A stretch of DNA of 64,000 bases from Sinanaerobacter chloroacetimidivorans (GCF_018128545.1 NZ_JAGSND010000001.1:46153-110152), one strand, 5' to 3'. Numbered from the stretch's first letter, positions 1 through 9,163 are shown. Made by a program: numbers and translations. The notes: generated by a model not told the origin, from the sequence alone.

Positions 1-97
1 CTGATAACAGGACAGTTTGCCAAAGACAGAATTAAGGTGATTCTTTTGAATGAAAGGCTGGGGTTTTAGCGCTGCCGGAATCAATTCCGTATTTCTC

Positions 98-126
98 TTG
101 ACGCCGGATTCAGAACATATTAAAAT
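98..126 (+). promoter_or_regulatory. sigma-A type promoter (TTGACG-17-TAAAAT) upstream of yjdF leader
   Basis: -35 TTGACG at 98-103, 17-nt spacer, -10 TAAAAT at 121-126. Read directly from sequence. Confidence 0.45.
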
Positions 127-132
127 GGCTTT

Positions 133-242
133 GCAAAGATAAAAACACAGTTCCGGTTGGTAGTCCGGACGCAGCAGAAGCTGTCAGTAACCTGCCTCCT
201 TGGTTGTCCCTTCTTTGTTCATGTATAAAGGAGGGATTTCAC
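133..242 (+). ncRNA. candidate yjdF-motif riboswitch / structured 5' leader
   Basis: ~110-nt leader between the promoter and a YjdF (DUF2992) gene. Anti-SD CCTCCTT (195-201) is perfectly complementary to SD AAGGAGG (228-234). The yjdF RNA motif is known to sit upstream of yjdF genes in Firmicutes; the aptamer consensus was not verified here. Confidence 0.35.
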
Positions 243-662
243 ATGATACAAGTGAAAGCACAGCTTACCGTTTTCTTTGAAGATCCTTTTTGGGTCGGGG
301 TTTATGAACGAATCGTAGACGGAAACTTGGAAGCAGGAAGGATAATCTTTGGTTCCGAACCAAAAGATTATGAGATTTATCACTATATCCTTCACGACTG
401 GAACGAAATAAAATTCAGTAAACCCATTCCAACCGATGAATTTGAAGCACGGCACCTGAATCCGAAACGGATGCAGAGAGAAATTTCTCGTCAATTAAAG
501 AACTATGGTGTTGGAACCAAAGCACAGCAGGCATTAAAACTCCAGCAGGAGCAAAAGGTTCAGGAACGAAAGTCATCACGAAGGATGCGCAAAGAAGCGG
601 AAGAAGACAGAAAATTCGAGCTTAGACAGCAAAAAAAGAAAGAAAAACATAGGGGCAGATAA
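243..662 (+). CDS. yjdF: YjdF / DUF2992 family protein
   Basis: N-terminal LTVFFEDPFWVGVYERI..., a lysine/arginine-rich C-terminal tail, ~140 aa. ATG at 243 with SD 228-234. Confidence 0.55.
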   Translation: MIQVKAQLTVFFEDPFWVGVYERIVDGNLEAGRIIFGSEPKDYEIYHYILHDWNEIKFSKPIPTDEFEARHLNPKRMQREISRQLKNYGVGTKAQQALKLQQEQKVQERKSSRRMRKEAEEDRKFELRQQKKKEKHRGR

Positions 663-842
663 CAAACTGCTCCTATTTTTTTTGTCTGAACAGAAAAAAC
701 TTCGTCTTTATATAAGACTATTTTTCCCTGAATCGTCACACTGTTTTTTTCAATATTTATTTTGCATAGAATTCTTTGAAAACAAGGAAGATATAATGGT
801 AGTAATGACATTATATTTTACAAGGAAGGGGTTTTCTTTTTT

Positions 843-2144
843 ATGGAAAACAGCTCACTGAAAAAGTCGGTAACATTCCTGGAAGCCTTGTCTATCGTAA
901 TAGGAATGATCATAGGCTCCGGAATTTTTCTGAAACCCAGCATTGTATTAAGTAATGCGGGCTCACCGCTTATGAGCATTCTGGCATGGATTGCCGGTGG
1001 TGTTATTACACTTGCGGCAGCCTTAACCGTATCGGAAATCGCTGCAGCGATTCCGCGGTCAGGTGGATTCTATACCTATCTGGAGGAATTGTACGGGAAA
1101 CCCTTTGGATTTCTTGTAGGATGGGTTCAGACCGTAATATCGTATCCGGCTTCTGTAGCTGCGCTGGCCATTGCTTTTGCTACTTATTCCGGTTTCTTTA
1201 TCCAGATGGACAAGAGAGAAGAAAGACTCCTTGCTGTCTCTGTTCTGGTTTTTATCCTGGCCATGAACATGATCTCAACGAAATGCGGAGGCGTGATTCA
1301 GATACTGGCCACTATCGGAAAGCTGATTCCCATCATGGCGATTATCGGTTTTGGCATATTTTCCAAACAAACACCCGGATTCGAGAACCTGAGCGTGATG
1401 CCGGCAGCCGGTGCCGGTTTTGGAGTCGCTATTCTTGGTACCCTTTGGGCCTATGACGGTTGGATCAGTGTTGCAAATATGGCAGGAGAATTGAAAAATC
1501 CATCCGTTACATTACCACGGGTGATTTCTCTAGGGGTTATGTTCGTAATGATCGTATATGTTCTGTTTAATATTGCTATTTTTCAAGTACTGCCTTATGA
1601 TGTGATTATTTCAACGCAAACTCCCGGAACGGACGCTGCAAAAGCTCTTTTTGGCAACGGAGGCGGTGCATTTATCACTGTGGGTATCATGATTTCCGTA
1701 TTTGGTGCATTAAACGGATTCTTAATGACGGCAGCCAGAGTCCCTCAAGCTATGGGAGAAAGAAAGCAGCTTCCATTTGCCGCTTTCCTGGGAAGCGTTC
1801 ATCCCAAGTTTCAGACTCCTGCAAATGCATTAATTTTTGAAAGTGTTTTAGCAGTTATCTATATTTTCTCCGGTACCTTTAACACCTTGACGGATTTGCT
1901 TGTCTTTGTGCTATGGATTTTTTTCACCATGGGTATCGCTGGCGTATTTTTACTAAGACGGAAAATACCTCCGCAAAAGGGTAGATACAGAGTGCCCTTA
2001 TATCCAGTTACACCGGTCATAGGTGCAATAGGCGGAATTTACATCCTGGCCAGCACGATATTCAGTGATCCTGTAAGATCCATGATCGGCATCGGGATTA
2101 CCCTTGTAGGTCTCCCTGTTTTTTATTATTTAAGAAAACAATAA
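843..2144 (+). CDS. APC-superfamily amino acid permease
   Basis: 433 aa, ~12 predicted TM segments. N-terminal KKSVTFLEALSIVIGMIIGSGIF is typical of amino-acid/polyamine/organocation transporters. Confidence 0.8.
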   Translation: MENSSLKKSVTFLEALSIVIGMIIGSGIFLKPSIVLSNAGSPLMSILAWIAGGVITLAAALTVSEIAAAIPRSGGFYTYLEELYGKPFGFLVGWVQTVISYPASVAALAIAFATYSGFFIQMDKREERLLAVSVLVFILAMNMISTKCGGVIQILATIGKLIPIMAIIGFGIFSKQTPGFENLSVMPAAGAGFGVAILGTLWAYDGWISVANMAGELKNPSVTLPRVISLGVMFVMIVYVLFNIAIFQVLPYDVIISTQTPGTDAAKALFGNGGGAFITVGIMISVFGALNGFLMTAARVPQAMGERKQLPFAAFLGSVHPKFQTPANALIFESVLAVIYIFSGTFNTLTDLLVFVLWIFFTMGIAGVFLLRRKIPPQKGRYRVPLYPVTPVIGAIGGIYILASTIFSDPVRSMIGIGITLVGLPVFYYLRKQ

Positions 2145-2151
2145 GAAGCTT

Positions 2152-2180
2152 TTGACAGCAGAAAAGCCTTATGATAATAT
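2152..2180 (+). promoter_or_regulatory. consensus sigma-A promoter (TTGACA-17-TAATAT) for hyd maturase operon leader
   Basis: TTGACA at 2152-2157, 17-nt spacer, TAATAT at 2175-2180. Confidence 0.5.
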
Positions 2181-2309
2181 GAGATTAACAATAAAAAGAG
2201 CAATGTATCTGCTTGCATGACAAATGCCTGGGGATACAGGGCAAGTTTTTGAACCTGACCGTAAGGAGGCTCCGAGCGGGAAGAAAGCGATCTGCTGATG
2301 TCTGATTCG

Positions 2310-2347
2310 CTCCCTTTCCGTGCTGAAAACGGAGAGGGAGTTTTTTC
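2310..2347 (+). terminator. intrinsic terminator / attenuator hairpin in hyd operon leader
   Basis: CTCCCTTTCCG (2310-2320), loop, CGGAGAGGGAG (2330-2340), then TTTTTT (2341-2346). Only 18 nt before the TTG start of the next gene, so it lies inside that gene's 5' leader. Confidence 0.6.
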
Positions 2348-2365
2348 GTTAGAGGTGATAAAAAT

Positions 2366-2614
2366 TTGGAAAACAGGATAGGAATTATTGGAATCGTAGT
2401 AGAAGATAACAATTGTATCGAGAAAATCAATACCATTCTCCACGAGTACGCACGATTGATCATCGGACGAATGGGAATCCCCTACAGAGAACGGGGGGTA
2501 TCGGTTATTTCACTTATTGTAGATGGAAGCAATGATGAGATCAGTGCATTCACCGGAAAACTGGGAAGAGTCAACGGTGCTTCCGTAAAATCCATGGTTA
2601 CAAAAAATCTATGA
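2366..2614 (+). CDS. TM1266-family putative iron-only hydrogenase system regulator
   Basis: 82 aa, MENRIGIIGIVVEDNNCIEKINTILHEY...SVISLIVDGSNDEISAFTGKLGRVNG matches the small ACT-like protein that accompanies hydE/hydG. TTG start, SD AGAGGTGA. Confidence 0.6.
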   Translation: MENRIGIIGIVVEDNNCIEKINTILHEYARLIIGRMGIPYRERGVSVISLIVDGSNDEISAFTGKLGRVNGASVKSMVTKNL

Positions 2615-2650
2615 TGCCGTAAAGGGCAGGAAGAAGAGAGGTAAGATGAT

Positions 2651-4102
2651 ATGGACTTTTTAGAAAAATACAGGGAATGTTTCGAGGAATACGACAGGAT
2701 GCCCCACGATTTTATTGACGATGATAAAATATGGGAACAGCTGAATAAATGGGAGAATCCTACAAAGGAAGATGTCAGGCGCGTCTTGAAGAAAGCGGAG
2801 CAATGTATTCGGCTGGAACCGGAGGAGACGGCAATTCTGATTCAAAATAAAGATGAAGAGACGTTACAGGAAATGTTCTCTTTAGCTCATTCTCTGAAAG
2901 AAGAAGTTTACGGAAATCGAATGGTTTTCTTCGCCCCGCTTTACATCAGTGATGAATGCGCGAACAACTGCAAGTACTGCGGTTTTCGAAGTGACAATGC
3001 ATCAATACACAGAAAGACGCTGACCCCGGAAGAAATCGAGCAGGAAGTCCGAATCATGATCGAGGAAGGCCAAAAAAGAACCGTGCTTGTTTACGGAGAA
3101 TCTCCCGCAACAGGGATTGACTTTATCTGCGATACGGTTAACCAAGTTTACAATGTCAAGTCGGAGCATGGAGAAATCAGACGTGCCAATATCAATTGTG
3201 CGCCGCTGTCTGTGGAAGAGCTAAAGCAGTTGAAATCAGTGGGTATTGGAACCTATCAGGTATTTCAGGAAACGTATCATCACGAAACCTATCGCAAAAT
3301 GCATCCGGCCGGAACCATTAAAGGCCATTACCGCTGGAGACTCTATGTGATGGACCGGGCCCAGAAAGCGGGAGTTGATGATTGCGGCCTGGGGGTTCTT
3401 TTCGGACTGTATGACTGGCGTTTTGAGATTATGGGCTTACTTTATCATACCATCCATCTGGAGGAAACCTTCGGGGGAGTGGGTCCTCATACCATTTCCT
3501 TCCCTCGTATTAATCCTGCTACGGATACTCCTTTTTCCGAGCACCCGGAATATGCGGTAAGTGACAGCGACTTTAAAAAGCTGGTGGCAATTTTACGTTT
3601 GTCTATCCCCTATACCGGATTGATCTGCACTGCCAGAGAGTCCGTAGAAATGAGAAAAGAGGTAGTGCCTTTTGGTGTATCTCAAATCGATGCAGGAACC
3701 AGAATCGGCGTAGGCGCTTACGCTCAATCAAAATGTGCGAACCAGATGCCGAATAAAGAGCAGTTCTCAATCGGGGACACTCGTTCTCTGGATGATGTGG
3801 TTCGTGAAATGGGAGAGATGGACTTTATCCCTTCCTTCTGTACCGCCTGTTATCGGGCAGGACGTACTGGAGAACATTTTATGAAAGTGGCAAAGTCAAA
3901 ATTTGTTCGAAATTACTGTGTACCCAATGCGATTTTAACCCTGAAAGAATATCTTTTGGATTATGCTTCCGAGGAAACAAAGCAGGTTGGAAATGAAGTC
4001 CTGAAAAAACAGGTGGAACAATTCAAAGGCAAGCCCGTATATGATAAAATCCTTGAGAATCTTAGCAGGATTGAACAGGGAGAACGGGATCTGCGTTTAT
4101 AA
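2651..4102 (+). CDS. hydG: [FeFe]-hydrogenase maturase HydG (radical SAM tyrosine lyase)
   Basis: 483 aa. Radical SAM CANNCKYC motif, a ThiH-like core and a C-terminal CTACYR...C auxiliary-cluster motif. Operon context with hydE and hydF. Confidence 0.85.
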   Translation: MDFLEKYRECFEEYDRMPHDFIDDDKIWEQLNKWENPTKEDVRRVLKKAEQCIRLEPEETAILIQNKDEETLQEMFSLAHSLKEEVYGNRMVFFAPLYISDECANNCKYCGFRSDNASIHRKTLTPEEIEQEVRIMIEEGQKRTVLVYGESPATGIDFICDTVNQVYNVKSEHGEIRRANINCAPLSVEELKQLKSVGIGTYQVFQETYHHETYRKMHPAGTIKGHYRWRLYVMDRAQKAGVDDCGLGVLFGLYDWRFEIMGLLYHTIHLEETFGGVGPHTISFPRINPATDTPFSEHPEYAVSDSDFKKLVAILRLSIPYTGLICTARESVEMRKEVVPFGVSQIDAGTRIGVGAYAQSKCANQMPNKEQFSIGDTRSLDDVVREMGEMDFIPSFCTACYRAGRTGEHFMKVAKSKFVRNYCVPNAILTLKEYLLDYASEETKQVGNEVLKKQVEQFKGKPVYDKILENLSRIEQGERDLRL

Positions 4103-4113
4103 GGAGATAGTAA

Positions 4114-5235
4114 ATGAAGATAAATTTCAATGATCCAATCAGTGCCTCACAATGGCTGAATACTGTACAAAAGGAGGAACTGAAAGAAATCATACGATAC
4201 TTCTTTGAAGACGCTTCCGAAGAAGAACGGGAAGCCCTGTATTCCTGCGCCAAAAAATTGAGAGAGATCCATTACGGAAAGAAGGTATATTTCCGGGGAT
4301 TGATTGAGTTCAGCAGTTACTGTAAAAATGACTGTTATTATTGCGGTATCAGAAAAAGCAATGCACAGGCCCGCAGATACCGATTATCGGAGGAGGAGAT
4401 CCTGGCCTGCTGCCAAAAAGGCTATGAACTGGGCTTCCGTACCTTTGTGCTGCAAAGCGGCGAAGATCCGTATTTCACAGATGAAAAGCTATGCAGTATA
4501 ATAAGAGAAATAAAAAGACAATTTGCGGATTGTGCGGTCACCATATCGGTGGGAGAGCGCGGCAGGGAATCCTATGAACAGATTTTTCAGGCCGGAGCAG
4601 ACCGTTTCTTGCTTCGCCATGAAACTGCGGATGAAAACCATTACGGCAAGCTTCATCCTTCGGAACTGACCTTTTCACATAGAAAAGAATGCCTGATGCA
4701 ATTAAAGGAAATCGGATTTCAGGTTGGGGCCGGATTCATGGTGGAATCCCCCTATCAAACCTATGGTACCCTTGCAGAAGATTTCCTGTTTCTGCGCGAA
4801 TTAAATCCTCATATGATCGGAGTCGGGCCCTTTATTCCTCATAAAGATACTGATTTTGCAGGATATCCCGCTCCTTCCTCAGAAAAGACCGTTATCCTGC
4901 TGGCTTTGATCCGAATTATGCTGCCCAAGACCTTGATACCGGCAACTACAGCTTTAGGAACCGTAGATGATCAGGGACGGGAAAAAGCCCTAAAAGCCGG
5001 AGCCAATGTGGTCATGCCTAATCTTTCCCCCATAGAGCACCGGAAGGATTACGCCCTCTATGACAATAAGATCTGCACCGGAGAAGAAGCGGCAGAGTGT
5101 CTGTTCTGCCTTTCCAACCGAATCCGCTCTGCAGGATATATTCCTGATTTTTCAAGAGGAGACTATATAGATATGCAAGATTCAAGAGAAATTTCTATCG
5201 ATAGGCAAGAGGGAGGCGAAGGAATGTGCGGATAG
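4114..5235 (+). CDS. hydE: [FeFe]-hydrogenase maturase HydE (radical SAM)
   Basis: 373 aa, CKNDCYYCGIR radical SAM motif, BioB-like fold. Adjacent to hydG. Confidence 0.85.
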   Translation: MKINFNDPISASQWLNTVQKEELKEIIRYFFEDASEEEREALYSCAKKLREIHYGKKVYFRGLIEFSSYCKNDCYYCGIRKSNAQARRYRLSEEEILACCQKGYELGFRTFVLQSGEDPYFTDEKLCSIIREIKRQFADCAVTISVGERGRESYEQIFQAGADRFLLRHETADENHYGKLHPSELTFSHRKECLMQLKEIGFQVGAGFMVESPYQTYGTLAEDFLFLRELNPHMIGVGPFIPHKDTDFAGYPAPSSEKTVILLALIRIMLPKTLIPATTALGTVDDQGREKALKAGANVVMPNLSPIEHRKDYALYDNKICTGEEAAECLFCLSNRIRSAGYIPDFSRGDYIDMQDSREISIDRQEGGEGMCG

Positions 5236-6608
5236 AACACGACATGCTGGGGGAATTGCAGCTGGAGGATTCTCATTACTTTGGAATTCATACAGCCAGA
5301 GCTGCAAGAAACTTTCCCATTACCGGAACTCCCATCCATTACGAACTGGTCCTTGCTCTTGTTAGTGTAAAAAAGGCAGCCGCGATTACCAACCGACAGA
5401 TTGGAGCATTGGATAAAAAAATAGCAGATGCAATCATAGAGGCTTGCAATGAAATTTTAGCCGGCAGTCTGAGAGAACAGTTTGTCGTGGATTGTATGCA
5501 GGGGGGAGCAGGAACTTCATCCAATATGAACGTGAACGAGGTCATAGCAAACCGGGCTATCGAGCTGCTCCATGGGGAAAAAGGCGACTACCGGCTGGTT
5601 CATCCCTTAGACCACGTAAATCTTCACCAATCCACCAACGATGTATTTCCAACAGCGGTCCGCATTGCAGGAATTCGTTTGATGAAACCTGTAACGGAGC
5701 ATCTGGCAGCTTTGCAGACGGCACTTCAGGAAAAAGAGGAGGAATTCTCAGACCAGCTAAAAGTCGGACGTACTCAGCTGCAGGATGCCGTTCCTATTAC
5801 CCTGGGCCAGGAATTTGGCGCCTGGGCTCAGGCTGTCTCCAGGGATCGATGGAGACTGTATAAAGCAGAAGAACGGCTGCGGCAGGTGAACATCGGAGGT
5901 ACGGCGGTGGGAACCGGTCTGAATGCACCGAAGGCATATATTTTTACCATGATTGAACAGCTTCGGCAATTGACCGGAATCGGCCTTGCCAGAGCGGAAT
6001 ATATGATGGATCCTACCCAAAACTGCGATGTTTTCGTAGAAGTATCCGGCATACTGAAGGCTGCGGCAGTGAACCTTTCGAAGATTGCAAGTGATTTACG
6101 CCTTCTGTCCTCCGGGCCCAAAGCCGGTTTCGGAGAAATATCCCTTCCTGCACTGCAGGCAGGTTCCTCCATCATGCCGGGAAAAGTAAACCCTGTCATG
6201 GCGGAATCGGTAAATCAGGTAGCTTATCAGATCATAGCCAATGATATGGCGATCACCATGGCTGCCCAGGCAGGCCAGCTGGAATTAAATGCTTTCTTAC
6301 CGCTGATTGCCAAAAATCTATTCGAAATGCTGGATATGCTTTTGCGTGTTTTGCCTTTGTTTACCAATTCCTGTATTAAAGGAATCCAGGCAAATAAAGA
6401 AAGTTGCCTTCAACATTTACATCATAGCTATGTTCTGGTTCCTGCGCTGATTAAAAAAATCGGTTACGATAAAGCCGGTGAAGTGGCGGCCCTGTGTCTG
6501 AAAACAGGAAAACCGGTTCATGAGGTTGTTCTTGAACATGGATTTATGGATAAAAAAACACTGGATGAAATCCTGAATCCGGTGCAGCTTACAACACCCA
6601 GCAAATAA
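5226..6608 (+). CDS. aspA: aspartate ammonia-lyase family protein (fumarate-lyase superfamily) embedded in hyd operon
   Basis: 460 aa. GSSIMPGKVNPV signature and QGGAGTSSNMNVNEV; it can be aligned along its length with E. coli AspA. GTG start overlaps the hydE stop by 10 nt. Confidence 0.8.
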   Translation: MRIEHDMLGELQLEDSHYFGIHTARAARNFPITGTPIHYELVLALVSVKKAAAITNRQIGALDKKIADAIIEACNEILAGSLREQFVVDCMQGGAGTSSNMNVNEVIANRAIELLHGEKGDYRLVHPLDHVNLHQSTNDVFPTAVRIAGIRLMKPVTEHLAALQTALQEKEEEFSDQLKVGRTQLQDAVPITLGQEFGAWAQAVSRDRWRLYKAEERLRQVNIGGTAVGTGLNAPKAYIFTMIEQLRQLTGIGLARAEYMMDPTQNCDVFVEVSGILKAAAVNLSKIASDLRLLSSGPKAGFGEISLPALQAGSSIMPGKVNPVMAESVNQVAYQIIANDMAITMAAQAGQLELNAFLPLIAKNLFEMLDMLLRVLPLFTNSCIKGIQANKESCLQHLHHSYVLVPALIKKIGYDKAGEVAALCLKTGKPVHEVVLEHGFMDKKTLDEILNPVQLTTPSK

Positions 6609-6622
6609 GGAGGTATGCTATC

Positions 6623-7876
6623 ATGATAGAGAATATGAATACCACACCCATGGCAAATCGCTTCACCATCGGTATTTTCGGCAGGAGAAATGCGGGAAAA
6701 TCTTCTTTGATCAACGCACTGACAGGCCAAAGCATTGCTGTTACCTCCCAGGTGCCGGGCACTACCACGGATCCCGTTTATAAAGCCATGGAGCTGTTGC
6801 CTTTAGGACCGGTAGTGTTTATTGATACGGCAGGCTTTGACGATACAGGTGAACTTGGTGAACTTCGAATCGAAAAAACTTATGAAGTATTAAGAAAATG
6901 CAACTTTGCCATTGTGGTGGGAGAGTTCGGCAGGGGAACAGACCCTGAAGCGCTGGCATTTGTCAAAGAGCTGACGGAACGTCAAATTCCGTGCATCTAT
7001 GTTTTAAATAAATGTGATCAGGCAGGGAGCCGGGAAACGGAGATTGAAAAAATCAAAGAACTTGCTAAAGTGCCGGTCATTTGTGTGAGCGCCTTAAAAA
7101 GGGAAGGGATCGATGAATTAAAAGATCAAATTGCCCGGCACAACAATCCCGATGACAGGGAGCCTGCTCTTATCGGAGATCTGATGGGTTCCGGAGAAAT
7201 TGCAGTACTGGTTACCCCCATTGATAAGGCAGCCCCAAAGGGACGGCTGATTCTGCCCCAGCAGCAGACGATCCGGGATATCCTTGAAATCGATGGAATC
7301 GCATTGGTTACCAAAGAACATGAACTAAAGCAGACATTGGATTGTCTGAAAGCAGACCCTGCTATTGTGATTACGGACTCCCAGGCATTTTTAAAAGTGT
7401 CGGCGGATACGCCTCCCCATGTCCCGCTTACTTCTTTTTCCATTCTTTTTGCCAGACAAAAATCAGATCTGGCAGAAATGGTAAGAGGAATCAAAAGAAT
7501 TGAGAGACTGCAGCCGGGTGAAAAGGTGCTGATCGTCGAGGGTTGCACCCATCACAGACAGGCTGATGATATTGGAAAGGTAAAGATTCCTCGCTGGATC
7601 CGGCAAATTGCGGGAGGAGAAATTTCCTTTGAGTGGGCTTCGGGAGCCGGTTTTCCGAAGGATATCAAAGAGTATGCGGTCATTGTTCATTGCGGGGGCT
7701 GCATGATTAACCGGAGGGAGATGCAGTATCGTGTAAACAAGGCGCTGAAACAAGGTGTTCCCGTTACCAACTATGGTATTCTGATCGCTTATGTACAGGG
7801 AATTTTGGAACGGGCAATCAGACCATTTCCGGCAGCTTCCCTTGCTTATGAAGAAAATTGGGATTATAATGATTGA
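6623..7876 (+). CDS. hydF: [FeFe]-hydrogenase maturase GTPase HydF
   Basis: 417 aa. N-terminal GTPase P-loop GRRNAGKSSLINAL, and a C-terminal CTHH...VHCGGC FeS-binding motif. Confidence 0.85.
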   Translation: MIENMNTTPMANRFTIGIFGRRNAGKSSLINALTGQSIAVTSQVPGTTTDPVYKAMELLPLGPVVFIDTAGFDDTGELGELRIEKTYEVLRKCNFAIVVGEFGRGTDPEALAFVKELTERQIPCIYVLNKCDQAGSRETEIEKIKELAKVPVICVSALKREGIDELKDQIARHNNPDDREPALIGDLMGSGEIAVLVTPIDKAAPKGRLILPQQQTIRDILEIDGIALVTKEHELKQTLDCLKADPAIVITDSQAFLKVSADTPPHVPLTSFSILFARQKSDLAEMVRGIKRIERLQPGEKVLIVEGCTHHRQADDIGKVKIPRWIRQIAGGEISFEWASGAGFPKDIKEYAVIVHCGGCMINRREMQYRVNKALKQGVPVTNYGILIAYVQGILERAIRPFPAASLAYEENWDYND

Positions 7877-7973
7877 GATGCAGGGCGGCTGCAGGGGAGT
7901 GATCCCTAAAGCATACACAGCTTGTTCTGTATGATTCAATCTGAAATTTCTTTTCATAATAGGAGGATATCAT

Positions 7974-8759
7974 ATGGTTACCATTGATTCGGATAAATGT
8001 ATCGGATGTCAAAGATGCATTTTTGTATGTCCCTTTACGGTTTTGGAAGTAAAGGACGGAAAGCCGTCGATTCATCCGGAAAAACAATGTTTAAACTGCA
8101 TGCACTGTGCCGCTGTCTGTCCTGAGAAGGCTTTAGGCCTTGATAGCGAAAAAGGAACCCTGCCCGGGGAGCTGCCTCTATTGCCCGAAAACTTCTCCGG
8201 TATGCTGGAGGACTTTTTATTTCTGAGAAGGTCCTATCGTCACTTTAAACCGGAGCCGGTACCAAAGGAAGAATTGGAGCATGCCCTTCACGTGGCCGCC
8301 TGGGCCCCCAGCGCAAAAAATCAGCATCCCACAAAATGGATTGTGATCAATCAAGTAGATAAAATTCAGGAAATCATGCATCTTATTTTACAATACATAG
8401 AGAAAACAGGGATTTCTCCTGAAGTAGCAAAAGAGTATGAACATGGCAATAACGTAGTAATGGGAACGGCAAATACCATTATTATGTCCTATACCGGACC
8501 GAATGCCATCAATCCGCCGGTAGATTCCGCTCTGGCTTTATATACGGCTGAACTAATCCTGCAGTCAAAGGGAATCGGTACATGCTGGGCAGGTTACTTA
8601 ACCAGGCTGTCCAATCAAATTCCCGAGGTAAGAGAACTGCTGCAGCTTCCTGAGGGCTGTCAGATTTGCAGCGCCTTAATGGTGGGGTATCCTGAAAATG
8701 AAACTTATATTCACATCCCCAATCGAAAGAAAAAACCGGCAATACGATGGATAGAATGA
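7974..8759 (+). CDS. 2x[4Fe-4S] ferredoxin domain fused to nitroreductase-family domain
   Basis: CIGCQRCIFVCP and CLNCMHCAAVCP motifs, then a nitroreductase-like C-terminal domain. 261 aa. Confidence 0.7.
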   Translation: MVTIDSDKCIGCQRCIFVCPFTVLEVKDGKPSIHPEKQCLNCMHCAAVCPEKALGLDSEKGTLPGELPLLPENFSGMLEDFLFLRRSYRHFKPEPVPKEELEHALHVAAWAPSAKNQHPTKWIVINQVDKIQEIMHLILQYIEKTGISPEVAKEYEHGNNVVMGTANTIIMSYTGPNAINPPVDSALALYTAELILQSKGIGTCWAGYLTRLSNQIPEVRELLQLPEGCQICSALMVGYPENETYIHIPNRKKKPAIRWIE

Positions 8760-8839
8760 CAAATAACAAGCCTGTAAGGCTTAGAACGAGAGCTGCTAAG
8801 TATAAAGCAGAGTCTATACAAAACCTGTAAAGTATAATA

Positions 8840-8868
8840 CTTGACAGAAGTAGACTCTTGCTATATAA
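8840..8868 (+). promoter_or_regulatory. consensus sigma-A promoter (TTGACA-17-TATAAT) for ARE-ABCF leader
   Basis: TTGACA at 8840-8845, 17-nt spacer, TATAAT at 8863-8868. Confidence 0.6.
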
Positions 8869-8944
8869 TAAAAAAGGTTTGTTGGATGAAAGGGAATCAC
8901 CGTTGTCCGGCACCTGATATTACGACAAGATTGGAGTTGAAAGG

Positions 8945-8965
8945 ATGCGTAATTTTTCTTGCTAA
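8945..8965 (+). CDS. candidate 6-aa leader peptide uORF (MRNFSC) in ARE-ABCF leader
   Basis: ATG at 8945 with GGAG 8 nt upstream, stop TAA at 8963-8965. Short leader peptides are typical of ARE-ABCF and erm attenuators. Inference only. Confidence 0.3.
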   Translation: MRNFSC

Positions 8966-9130
8966 ACATGTAAATAAGCACTTCAGAACGGAACAGCAAC
9001 TATTTGGTTGCCGGTTTTGCTGTGCACACAAAGCAAGAAAGTTACGAATAGTGATCAACTCTTCCTATTGAATTTGGAATGCCTACATTTTTTCTGTTAA
9101 AAGGCAGTTTACCGATTTCTGTTTATGGAG

Positions 9131-9163
9131 CCGCAAGATAACTTTCTTGCGGTTATTTTTTTG
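9131..9163 (+). terminator. intrinsic terminator of ARE-ABCF attenuator
   Basis: CCGCAAG (9131-9137) pairs with CTTGCGG (9146-9152), followed by TTATTTTTTT. The upstream segment GCAAGAAAGTT (9033-9043) is perfectly complementary to AACTTTCTTGC (9140-9150), a plausible antiterminator. A second hairpin GAAAAGCGG/CCGCTTTTC (9163-9184) abuts the SD. Confidence 0.6.

Noticed and set aside
986-1456. 156-aa ORF in an alternate frame inside the permease gene
   Set aside because: It is entirely embedded in a well-supported 433-aa APC transporter ORF. It is Cys/Arg-rich with low-complexity composition typical of an off-frame artefact.
2187-2347. Assignment of the hyd-operon leader to a known riboswitch class (SAM, c-di-GMP-I, glycine, NiCo, ZTP, Mn)
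   Set aside because: I could not match any class consensus from memory. It is kept as an unclassified attenuator rather than a named riboswitch.
8841-9071. 76-aa ORF inside the ARE-ABCF leader
   Set aside because: It has no SD, a Cys/Arg-rich composition, and lies in a region better explained as a structured regulatory leader. Only the very short uORFs are plausible.
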